Shown here: positions 1 to 7,536 of the stretch, in pieces
Position numbering within the stretch: the first letter of the stretch is position 1
Layout of the letters: the number at the start of each line of letters is the position of its first letter
Source of the DNA: Myxococcota bacterium
GTDB taxonomy: Bacteria > Myxococcota_A > UBA9160 > UBA6930
Assembly: GCA_965223705.1 (NCBI GenBank)
Contig: OZ245015.1
Span: forward strand, 2,528,001-2,592,000
Direction of reading: 5' to 3'
DNA: 64,000 nucleotides
The notes under the pieces: model-generated
Told to the model about the DNA's origin: nothing
Seen by the model: the letters and a program-made list of their open reading frames with translations, nothing else
Databases searched by the model: none
Made by a program: the position numbers and the translations under genes

Positions 1-1
1 G

Positions 2-589
2 AATGCGTGGCACGTCCAGGCACTCGCGGGAAGCGCCGACCACAATCTCAGCTTCGACAACGTCGAGTACGCCCAGGTCCCGCGGAACCTCGCGATGAGC
101 TTCATCGCGCCCGACGACGACGTCACGGCCGAGCTCATCCTGTACACACTGAACGGGCGCCTGCTCGAGGCGCCTCCCGTGCTCCTCGGTGCGCTCGCGT
201 ACGACGACGATGAGAACGCCTTATCCAACACCCACGAATACACGTGCTTTACGGTCGTATCGCTCGAAACCATCTTCGGGCTCGGGATCCGGCGGGAAAA
301 CGGGCCCGGCGGCTTCCCTTACTTCGTCGGGCACGTCTCCTTGTTTGCCCTCGTTCACGCGGGTGGCTACACGGGCGTCGGCAACCCGCCCGGCGCGATT
401 TCCCACTCGTTCGGCTGGCTGCTGCAGACGATCGCGAACGGTGGCGACCTGAACGACAACGCGCCGTTGGGGCCGCCCGAACCGAACTTCGGAAACTCGA
501 TGCCCGGGGCCGCTGCGTGGGCTCGCCCCGCGCTGCGAACGGTCGAGACCGTGCCGGCGCAGTTTGACGCGGATCCCCGCGGTCCCTAG
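2..589 (+). CDS. Secreted-protein paralog, copy 1 (5'-truncated by window edge)
   Basis: Frame is open from position 2 (NAWHVQALAGSADHNLSFDNVEYAQVPRNLAMSFIAPDDD...), colinear with the C-terminal half of ORF 726..1802. Confidence 0.9.
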   Translation, partial: NAWHVQALAGSADHNLSFDNVEYAQVPRNLAMSFIAPDDDVTAELILYTLNGRLLEAPPVLLGALAYDDDENALSNTHEYTCFTVVSLETIFGLGIRRENGPGGFPYFVGHVSLFALVHAGGYTGVGNPPGAISHSFGWLLQTIANGGDLNDNAPLGPPEPNFGNSMPGAAAWARPALRTVETVPAQFDADPRGP

Positions 590-668
590 ACGCCAGCGCC
601 CCCCCCAAACGACTTGCCACCGATTTGCCGCTCCCCTGCGGATAGAGCGCACAAACCCGACGTACGCC

Positions 669-694
669 GTCACTTCCCCGCGTTCCCGGAGACT
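669..694 (+). promoter_or_regulatory. Putative ECF-sigma-type promoter GTCAC-N17-GACT
   Basis: Same bipartite motif and spacing upstream of copies 3, 4 and 5. Confidence 0.5.
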
Positions 695-725
695 CACTCT
701 CACTGGCTACTCGTGAAGGGGTCCC

Positions 726-1802
726 ATGAAGCATCGGCTATTCGTCGGTTGTCTATTCGCTCTACTGGTAATGGGGTGGAGCGACGCATCATTCAGCGCG
801 GTCACGGCGAGCGATCACAGCGCTGTGGGAGCCGTGGTCACGAACCCGTGGCTCGTCGATGGCGACCGACTCACGCTCGCGACGCTGACGAACGGCAGTA
901 GTTTCTGGATCACGGTTCACGTGACCGTGTTCGATGCCGCTTGGCAGCCGATCAACTTCGATTGCAAGCTGTCCCCGATGGAAACGACCTACTTCGTGTT
1001 CGAAGCGCACAGTGTCGGATCGAAGCTCACTTCGGAATGTAGCGACCCGATTTCCGGCAACTTGAACATCGTGCAGACCCGCTTCGTCCCGGGAGAGCGC
1101 GACGGGTTTGTCGTGTTCCACCACACCTTGGTCCCCGGCGCCACGACGCCGCAGAACGTCCTCATCGGCGATTTCGTCGTGATCGATTTCGACCAGGGAT
1201 ACGCGTTCTCGGCGAACGCCTGGCATGTGCAGGCGCTGGCGGGAAGCACCGACCAGAATCTCATCTTCGACGGGACCGAGTTTGCGCAACTACCAAAGGT
1301 CCTGGCCGGAAGCTTCATCGCGCCCGACGACGACATCACCGCAGATCTCATCCTCTATACGCTGAACGGAGCGTTGGGCTGGCCCGCGGAAGTGAAGTTG
1401 GGCGGCATCGTCTACGACGACGATGAGCAGGCGCTCTCGAACGTTCACGAATACGACTGCTTCACCGTGGTCTCGCTGATCGATGTGTTCGGCCTGAGCG
1501 TCGACCGGCGGAACGGTCCCGGCGGCTTTCCCTACTTCGTGGGGCACGTCAGCCTCTTCGCTCTCTTCGCCCCGGGCGGCTACGCCGGTGCGACCGCGCC
1601 TCCTGGCGCCGTTGCGAGCTCGCTCGGTTGGATCGTTCAGACCATGGCCGACATCGGCGACCTGAACGACAACCAGCCCCTCGGTCATCAGCCGAACTTC
1701 GGCAACGTTTCCTCCGGCCAGTCCGCCTGGGCCCGGCAGTTATTGACGACCCAGGATTCCATCCCGAACCGCCTCGACGCCGATCCTCGAGGCGGCGCCT
1801 AG
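726..1802 (+). CDS. Secreted-protein paralog, copy 2 (358 aa, unknown function)
   Basis: Signal-peptide-like N-terminus (MKHRLFVGCLFALLVMGWSDASFSA); shares LSPMETTYFVFE, IDFDQGYAFSAN, FIAPDDD, GPGGFPYFVGHVSLFAL, GDLNDN with neighbours. Confidence 0.9.
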   Translation: MKHRLFVGCLFALLVMGWSDASFSAVTASDHSAVGAVVTNPWLVDGDRLTLATLTNGSSFWITVHVTVFDAAWQPINFDCKLSPMETTYFVFEAHSVGSKLTSECSDPISGNLNIVQTRFVPGERDGFVVFHHTLVPGATTPQNVLIGDFVVIDFDQGYAFSANAWHVQALAGSTDQNLIFDGTEFAQLPKVLAGSFIAPDDDITADLILYTLNGALGWPAEVKLGGIVYDDDEQALSNVHEYDCFTVVSLIDVFGLSVDRRNGPGGFPYFVGHVSLFALFAPGGYAGATAPPGAVASSLGWIVQTMADIGDLNDNQPLGHQPNFGNVSSGQSAWARQLLTTQDSIPNRLDADPRGGA

Positions 1803-1803
1803 A

Positions 1804-1894
1804 CACCACAAGCTCTTCGCGTCTCAAGACGAACGAGCTGATTCCGAACTACCACTCCCTCGACGTGACGACGGACGAGATTTGCGTGTTCTGA
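1804..1894 (+). pseudogene. Relic, frameshifted C-terminal fragment of another array paralog
   Basis: KLFASQD in one frame then ELIPNYHSLDVTTDEICVF* in the next; aligns to KLLKSQDQTPVCNALDVTQDPPVTC of copy 5. Confidence 0.65.
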
Positions 1895-1926
1895 GTTCTC
1901 GGCAGACACTCGCGTGTGTCGATCCC

Positions 1927-1964
1927 GGCGCCTGGAAGGTTCTCCTTCCGGGCGCCTTCTTGTT
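1927..1964 (+). terminator. Intrinsic terminator (array type)
   Basis: GGCGCCTGGAAGG-ttct-CCTTCCGGGCGCC followed by TTCTTGTT. Confidence 0.8.
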
Positions 1965-2016
1965 GCGCATGGCTTCACCGCAATTGCGCATCCCTTGCGC
2001 ACCGACCGTTTTTTCT

Positions 2017-2042
2017 GACACCAAGTGACGTTTTTCGCCACT
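2017..2042 (+). promoter_or_regulatory. Putative ECF-sigma-type promoter GACAC-N17-CACT (identical copy at 3352-3377)
   Basis: Conserved bipartite motif in the array leaders. Confidence 0.45.
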
Positions 2043-2120
2043 ACCTCCTAGACGCCTGTCGCCGCGGTGGTGACCGGCTTGAACGGGTGATCCCGTTCGC
2101 GCGTATCAAGGAGTTTTCTC

Positions 2121-3206
2121 ATGCTGAAGCTGAAGCACATCTTGGTCGCCGCCGTTGCGGCGATCTTCCTGTCGAGCCCGGGTCTCGCCGCGCTCCCCCT
2201 GATGGACCACGCGGCCACCGGTAGCCTCGTGTCCACGCCGTGGCTCGCCACGGGCAAGCGCGTCACCGTCACGACGCTGACCAACGCCCTCGCGGACCCG
2301 ATCACGGTCCACTTCACGGCGCTCAACAACAAGTGGCAGGGAATCGACTTCGATTGCCCCCTCTCCCCCATGGAGACCACCTACTTCGTGTTCGAGTCCA
2401 ACGCTGCGGGTGGCGCCAAGGTCACGTTCGAGTGCAGTGACATCACCCAGAGCAACCTGAACATCGTCCGCACCCTCTTCATCCCGGGTGCTGCCGATGA
2501 GCGCGAAGGCTTCATCGTCTTCCACACGACGGCCGGCGTGGGCTTCCCCACTCCGAACCCGGCGAGCGTCCAGTCCCTCATCGCTGACTTCACCGTCATC
2601 GACTTCGACCAGGGCTATGCGTTCTCCGCCAACGGCTGGCACTTCCAGGTGCAGGGCACGAACCAGAACAACTCGCTCACCGTCCCGGCGACCCTCGCGT
2701 CGAGCTTCATCGCTCCCGACGACGACATCACGGCCGAGCTCCTCCTCTACACCCTCCACGGTGCGATTGGTTGGAACTCCCCGGTCAAGTTCGGTGGTCT
2801 CGCCTACGATGATGACGAGCAGCCCCTCTCGAACACCCACGAGTACGACTGCTTCACGGTCGTGTCCCTCGAGGACATCTTCGGCCTGAGCATCGATCGT
2901 CGGAACGGTCCGGGCGGCTTCCCGTACTTCGTCGGCCACGTGAGCCTCTTCGCGTTGGTTCACCCCTTGGCCGCGATCCCGGGCAACTCCTTCGCTCCGT
3001 ACCAGTCGGCTTCGGTGGGCTACATGATCCAGACCATCGCGAGCGGTGGCGACCTGAACGACAACGTTCAGCTCGGCCCGATCCAGCCGAACTTCGGTGA
3101 GACGATGCCGGCCAACGCGGCTTGGGCGCGCAAGCTCCTCAAGACGATCCAGCCGGCTCAGCCCCAGTGCAACGCGCTCGACGTGACGATCGCTGGTGGC
3201 TGCTAG
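2121..3206 (+). CDS. Secreted-protein paralog, copy 3 (361 aa)
   Basis: AAGGAG RBS; signal peptide MLKLKHILVAAVAAIFLSSPGLA; strong codon bias; family motifs. Confidence 0.95.
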   Translation: MLKLKHILVAAVAAIFLSSPGLAALPLMDHAATGSLVSTPWLATGKRVTVTTLTNALADPITVHFTALNNKWQGIDFDCPLSPMETTYFVFESNAAGGAKVTFECSDITQSNLNIVRTLFIPGAADEREGFIVFHTTAGVGFPTPNPASVQSLIADFTVIDFDQGYAFSANGWHFQVQGTNQNNSLTVPATLASSFIAPDDDITAELLLYTLHGAIGWNSPVKFGGLAYDDDEQPLSNTHEYDCFTVVSLEDIFGLSIDRRNGPGGFPYFVGHVSLFALVHPLAAIPGNSFAPYQSASVGYMIQTIASGGDLNDNVQLGPIQPNFGETMPANAAWARKLLKTIQPAQPQCNALDVTIAGGC

Positions 3207-3247
3207 CCTCCTGTCTTAAGCGGGCATCGGCCTGCGACATGACACCC

Positions 3248-3285
3248 GGCGCCCGGAAGGTTTTCCTTCCGGGCGCCTTCTTTTT
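3248..3285 (+). terminator. Intrinsic terminator (array type)
   Basis: GGCGCCCGGAAGG-tttt-CCTTCCGGGCGCC plus T-tract. Confidence 0.88.
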
Positions 3286-3455
3286 ACGCCGGGTCTACTA
3301 CGACCGTTTGCACCACAGTTGCGCATCCCTTGCGCACCGACCGTTTTTTCTGACACCAAGTGACGTTTTTCGCCACTACCTCCTAGACGCCTGTCGCCGC
3401 GGTGGTGACCGGCTTGAACGGGTGATCCCGTTCGCGCGTATCAAGGAGTTTTCTC

Positions 3456-4544
3456 ATGCTGAAGCTGAAGCACATCTTGGTCGCCGCCGTTGCGGCGATC
3501 TTCCTGTCGAGCCCGGGTCTCGCCGCGCTCCCCCTGATGGACCACGCGGCCACCGGTAGCCTCGTGTCCACGCCGTGGCTCGCCACGGGCAAGCGCGTCA
3601 CCGTCACGACGCTGACCAACGCCCTCGCGGACCCGATCACGGTCCACTTCACGGCGCTCAACAACAAGTGGCAGGGAATCGACTTCGATTGCCCCCTCTC
3701 CCCCATGGAGACCACCTACTTCGTGTTCGAGTCCAACGCTGCGGGTGGCGCCAAGGTCACGTTCGAGTGCAGTGACATCACCCAGAGCAACCTGAACATC
3801 GTCCGCACCCTCTTCATCCCGGGTGCTGCCGATGAGCGCGAAGGCTTCATCGTCTTCCACACGACGGCCGGCGTGGGCTTCCCCACTCCGAACCCGGCGA
3901 GCGTCCAGTCCCTCATCGCTGACTTCACCGTCATCGACTTCGACCAGGGCTATGCGTTCTCCGCCAACGGCTGGCACTTCCAGGTGCAGGGAACGAACCA
4001 GAACAACTTCCTCCCGGTCCCGGCGACCCTCGCGTCGAGCTTCATCGCTCCCGACGACGACATCACGGCCGAGCTCCTCCTCTACACGCTCAATGGGCGC
4101 ATTGGTTGGAACTCCCCGGTCAAGTTCGGTGGTCTCGCCTACGATGATGACGAGCAGCCCCTCTCGAACACCCACGAGTACGACTGCTTCACGGTCGTGT
4201 CCCTCGAGGACATCTTCGGCCTGAGCATCGATCGTCGGAACGGTCCGGGCGGCTTCCCGTACTTCGTCGGCCACGTGAGCCTCTTCGCCCTGATTTCGCC
4301 CTTGGCCGTGGTCAACGGCGTTACGTTCGGCCCGTGGCAGTCGGCTTCGGTGGGCTACATGATCCAGACCATCGCGAGCGGTGGCGACCTGAACGACAAC
4401 GTTCAGCTCGGCCCGATCCAGCCGAACTTCGGTGAGACGATGCCGGCCAACGCGGCTTGGGCGCGCAAGCTCCTCAAGACGATCCAGCCGGCTCAGCCCC
4501 AGTGCAACGCGCTCGACGTGACGATCGTTGGTAACTGCAACTAG
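3456..4544 (+). CDS. Secreted-protein paralog, copy 4 (362 aa)
   Basis: Near-identical to copy 3 apart from four short patches. Confidence 0.95.
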   Translation: MLKLKHILVAAVAAIFLSSPGLAALPLMDHAATGSLVSTPWLATGKRVTVTTLTNALADPITVHFTALNNKWQGIDFDCPLSPMETTYFVFESNAAGGAKVTFECSDITQSNLNIVRTLFIPGAADEREGFIVFHTTAGVGFPTPNPASVQSLIADFTVIDFDQGYAFSANGWHFQVQGTNQNNFLPVPATLASSFIAPDDDITAELLLYTLNGRIGWNSPVKFGGLAYDDDEQPLSNTHEYDCFTVVSLEDIFGLSIDRRNGPGGFPYFVGHVSLFALISPLAVVNGVTFGPWQSASVGYMIQTIASGGDLNDNVQLGPIQPNFGETMPANAAWARKLLKTIQPAQPQCNALDVTIVGNCN

Positions 4545-4585
4545 CCCCATGTCCTGCGCAGGCACCGGCCTGTGATGCGACACCC

Positions 4586-4625
4586 GGCGCCCGGAAGGTT
4601 TTCCTTCCGGGCGCCTTCTTTTTTT
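4586..4625 (+). terminator. Intrinsic terminator (array type)
   Basis: Same 13-bp stem as 3248-3277 plus long T-tract. Confidence 0.88.
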
Positions 4626-4651
4626 GTCACTTCCAGGCGATTTCAGCCACT
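4626..4651 (+). promoter_or_regulatory. Putative ECF-sigma-type promoter GTCAC-N17-CACT
   Basis: Conserved bipartite motif directly after the terminator, 40 nt before the ATG. Confidence 0.5.
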
Positions 4652-4691
4652 TCCTTGATGGACCTGCCCGACGAGCAGGAGGAGTGTTCCC

Positions 4692-5780
4692 ATGCTGAAG
4701 TTGAAATCGTTCTTGCTGGTTGCTGTGGCTTCCTTGCTCATCGCGAGCCCCGGCCTTGCCGCGCTCAACCTGATGGACCACGCGGCCACCGGCAGCATCG
4801 TCTCGACGCCGTGGTTGGCCGAAGGTCATCGAACCACCGTCACGACCCTGACGAATGCCCTTGCGCAGACCGTCACCGTCCACGTGACCGCGCTCGACAG
4901 CCAGTGGCAGCCCCTCGACTTCGACTGCCAGCTCTCCCCCATGGAGACCACCTACTTCGTGTTCGAGACCAACGGCACGAACGGCGCCAAGATCACGTCC
5001 GAGTGCAGCGACGTCTCGCAGAGCAATCTCAACATCGTGCAGACCCGCTTCATTCCGGGGCAGCAGAATGGCTTTGTCGTGTTCCACACGACGGCCGGCG
5101 CGGGCGTTCCGCCGAATCCCACGGACAACGGCGTGTCGCTCATCGCGGACTTCACGGTCATCGACTTCGACCAGGGCTATGCCTTCTCCGCCAACGGCTG
5201 GCATTTCCAGACCCAGGGTGCGACCCAAAACAACACGCTCCAGATCCCGCAGGTCCTCGCGTCGAGCTTCATCGCCCCGGATGACGACATCACCGCGGAG
5301 CTCCTCCTCTACACGCTTCATGGGCGTGCGGGATGGAACTCCCCGGTCAAGCTCGGCGGGCTCGCTTACGACGACGACGAGCAGCCCCTCTCGAACGTCC
5401 ATGAGTACGACTGCTTCACGATCGTTGCGCTCGAAGACATCTTCGGCCTGAGCATCGATCGCCGAAACGGCCCGGGCGGCTTCCCGTACTTCGTCGGCCA
5501 CGTGAGCCTCTTCGCGCTCATCCATCCTCTGGCCTACGACCCGACCACCGGTTCGTTCGGTCCGTTCTTGTCCGCTTCGGTGGGATACATCGTCCAGACC
5601 ATCGCGAGCGGCGGCGACCTGAACGACAACGTCCGGCTCGGCCCGATCCAGCCGAACTTCGGCGACAGCATGCCCGCCATGGGTGCTTGGGCCCGAAAGC
5701 TCCTGAAGTCGCAGGACCAGACCCCGGTCTGCAACGCGCTCGACGTCACCCAGGATCCGCCCGTTACTTGCGGCACCTGA
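4692..5780 (+). CDS. Secreted-protein paralog, copy 5 (362 aa)
   Basis: AGGAGG RBS; signal peptide MLKLKSFLLVAVASLLIASPGLA; family motifs. Confidence 0.95.
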   Translation: MLKLKSFLLVAVASLLIASPGLAALNLMDHAATGSIVSTPWLAEGHRTTVTTLTNALAQTVTVHVTALDSQWQPLDFDCQLSPMETTYFVFETNGTNGAKITSECSDVSQSNLNIVQTRFIPGQQNGFVVFHTTAGAGVPPNPTDNGVSLIADFTVIDFDQGYAFSANGWHFQTQGATQNNTLQIPQVLASSFIAPDDDITAELLLYTLHGRAGWNSPVKLGGLAYDDDEQPLSNVHEYDCFTIVALEDIFGLSIDRRNGPGGFPYFVGHVSLFALIHPLAYDPTTGSFGPFLSASVGYIVQTIASGGDLNDNVRLGPIQPNFGDSMPAMGAWARKLLKSQDQTPVCNALDVTQDPPVTCGT

Positions 5781-5809
5781 TCGGCGGAATCCACGGATTG
5801 TTTCCGTCG

Positions 5810-5843
5810 ACGCCCGGAGGGCTTCAGGCCTTCCGGGCGTTTT
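5810..5843 (+). terminator. Intrinsic terminator closing the array; overlaps 3' end of convergent SSS gene
   Basis: ACGCCCGGAGGGC-ttcag-GCCTTCCGGGCGT followed by Ts. Confidence 0.75.
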
Positions 5844-7278
5844 GTCTTCCGCGGTCGACGTAGGTCACGACGAGAGCGACGAGGAGGTTCGCAAAGGCGC
5901 CGATCACACCGATGTGGAAGCCCTCGATGCGCTTGAAGCCCCCGAGCGCGGCCCCTACGGCGACCGTTGTCCCGACGACCAGCCCGCAAAGTGCGGCCCG
6001 GGCCGAGAAGCGCTTCCAATGAATGGCTACGAGGAATGCTGGCGCGCACTGGATCAGGATCTCCATCTTGAGCTCGATGAGCCGCCAGAGACTGAGCTTC
6101 GGCATCAGCGCAAAGCCCAGCGCGATGAGCATCACCAGCGCTGCGGCGCGCTTTCCGGTGCGGGTCGTCGCCGGATCGTGGCGGTCGCGACCGAGCAGGT
6201 CGCAGGCAATCACCGAGCCCAGTGAAAGAAGGACCGAGTCGGCCGTCGACATGATCGCCGCCAGAGCCCCGATGAAGACCGCGACGGCAAAGACGGCGTT
6301 GATGGAGCTCGTCGCCGCCCACTCGCTGAGAAGCCGCGGCATGACCGTATCGGCTTCGACCGTGCCCAGGCCCGCGAACCGAGGAATCGCCGCAATCCCG
6401 ATCAACATGACCACGAAGGTGGTGGTGAGCGGCATGAAGCCCATGAGCGCGAGCGCGCGCTTCAGCTCGCCGCCGCTTCGCGCGGCGAAAATGCGCTGAA
6501 TCGCCTGGGGGTACATCAGTCCGCCGAAGCCGAGAAGCACCACGGTGGAGATCCAGTTCCAGCGCTCGGGCCAATCCGGCACGGCGACGGCCTCGGGGCG
6601 CACTCGGGCGACCTCGCGGGCGAGTCCCGCGAGTCCCGCGCCGTCGATGGCAACCCAGTGCAGGAGGAGGCCCAAGCCCACCAGCATGAGAAGCCCCTGG
6701 GCAGTGTCCGTCCAGGCGACGGCGCGCATGCCGCCCAAGGTCTCGTACACGAGGATGAACGCGGCCAACCCGACGACCGCGACCCAGTAGGGCACGAGCC
6801 CCCCCGTCACTTCCCCGGTGACGTGCCCCATGGCGACGAGCTGCGCGAGAAGAAAGTTGCCCAGCGCGAGGATCATCAAGGCGGCAACCGCCACTTCGAG
6901 AGCGCGACCGAGCGGCTCCCCCGCGAACCGATGGCGCAAGAAATCCCCGGGTGTCACGAACCCTTCGCGCGTCGCGAGCGGCCGGAGCTTCGGAACGAGG
7001 ATCTGGAACGTCACCATGATCGACATCATCATGCCGGTCGAGATGATCCAGGCGTAGCCGCGCCGGTAGCCCTCGCCGGGATAACCGAGGAGTGAGTTGC
7101 CGCTGTACGTCGTGGCGTAGAGGGTCATCAGCAACACGAAGAAACCGAGGCCCCGGGACGCCAAGAAATGGTCGTCCGGCGAATGATCGCGACGCGCCCG
7201 GCGCGCGACTTCGGCGAGGCCGATGAGCGCGACGAGGTACACCGCAAGACACAGCGCGCCGAGGTCGCCGAAGCTCAT
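5824..7278 (-). CDS. Sodium:solute symporter (SSS, PanF/PutP-like)
   Basis: Many TM helices; ATTYSGNSLLGYPG, GGMRAVAWTD, AAIMSTADS motifs. Confidence 0.92.
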   Translation of the reverse strand: MSFGDLGALCLAVYLVALIGLAEVARRARRDHSPDDHFLASRGLGFFVLLMTLYATTYSGNSLLGYPGEGYRRGYAWIISTGMMMSIMVTFQILVPKLRPLATREGFVTPGDFLRHRFAGEPLGRALEVAVAALMILALGNFLLAQLVAMGHVTGEVTGGLVPYWVAVVGLAAFILVYETLGGMRAVAWTDTAQGLLMLVGLGLLLHWVAIDGAGLAGLAREVARVRPEAVAVPDWPERWNWISTVVLLGFGGLMYPQAIQRIFAARSGGELKRALALMGFMPLTTTFVVMLIGIAAIPRFAGLGTVEADTVMPRLLSEWAATSSINAVFAVAVFIGALAAIMSTADSVLLSLGSVIACDLLGRDRHDPATTRTGKRAAALVMLIALGFALMPKLSLWRLIELKMEILIQCAPAFLVAIHWKRFSARAALCGLVVGTTVAVGAALGGFKRIEGFHIGVIGAFANLLVALVVTYVDRGRQNARKA

Positions 7279-7347
7279 TCAGAGCGATCCGTCGCGAGCG
7301 CAGTGCTCATTCGGAGCGATCCGTCGCGAGCGCAGTGCTCATTCAGA
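7274..7347. repeat. 32-bp tandem repeat, about 2.3 copies
   Basis: CTCATTC(A/G)GAGCGATCCGTCGCGAGCGCAGTG twice, then CTCATTCAGA. Confidence 0.95.
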
Positions 7348-7536
7348 CAAGTCCGTCAGCAACCACGCGATGGCGTTCGTGATAGCCACCCCGACGAAAC
7401 AGAGCAGCGACACGGCGGCCCAGTCCGGGAGACCGAGCCAATACGCAGGCATCTCGCCGGGCGATCGGTGCCAGGGAATGGCCGCCAGGAAAAAGAGGAC
7501 CGTGAGGAGGAGAACGAAGCGCCGAGCGTTTCTCAT
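7339..7536 (-). CDS. Small two-TM protein upstream of SSS transporter (DUF997/DUF3311-like partner)
   Basis: MRNARRFVLLLTVLFFLAAIPW...WLGLPDWAAVSLL; ATGA overlap with the SRAP stop; typical position for an SSS partner. Confidence 0.8.
   Translation of the reverse strand: MRNARRFVLLLTVLFFLAAIPWHRSPGEMPAYWLGLPDWAAVSLLCFVGVAITNAIAWLLTDLSE

Larger units (their letters stand above)
1984..4527 (+). repeat. Tandem direct duplication, period 1335 bp (about 1984-3192 vs 3319-4527)
   Basis: Leader and coding sequence of copies 3 and 4 match; off-frame ORF translations (2048..2380 vs 3383..3715; 2240..2440 vs 3575..3775; 2381..2599 vs 3716..3934) are identical. Confidence 0.95.

Noticed and set aside
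2067..2082. Sigma-54 promoter-like TGGTGACCGGCTTGA before copies 3/4
   Set aside because: Lacks the essential -12 GC (reads GA) and is absent from the other leaders.
1984..4544. Diversity-generating retroelement explanation for copy 3/4 differences
   Set aside because: Differences are not confined to adenines, there is no separate short template repeat and no reverse transcriptase in the window. An RT outside the window cannot be excluded.
3441..5525. 694-aa antisense ORF (and 2106..2963) opposite the array
   Set aside because: Codon-aligned shadow of strongly biased sense genes; composition is not protein-like. Its crossing of the 147-bp spacer is plausibly chance.
7274..7347. CRISPR-like array at the 32-bp repeats (also 11251-11314)
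   Set aside because: Units are directly adjacent with no unique spacers, only about two copies each, and no cas genes.
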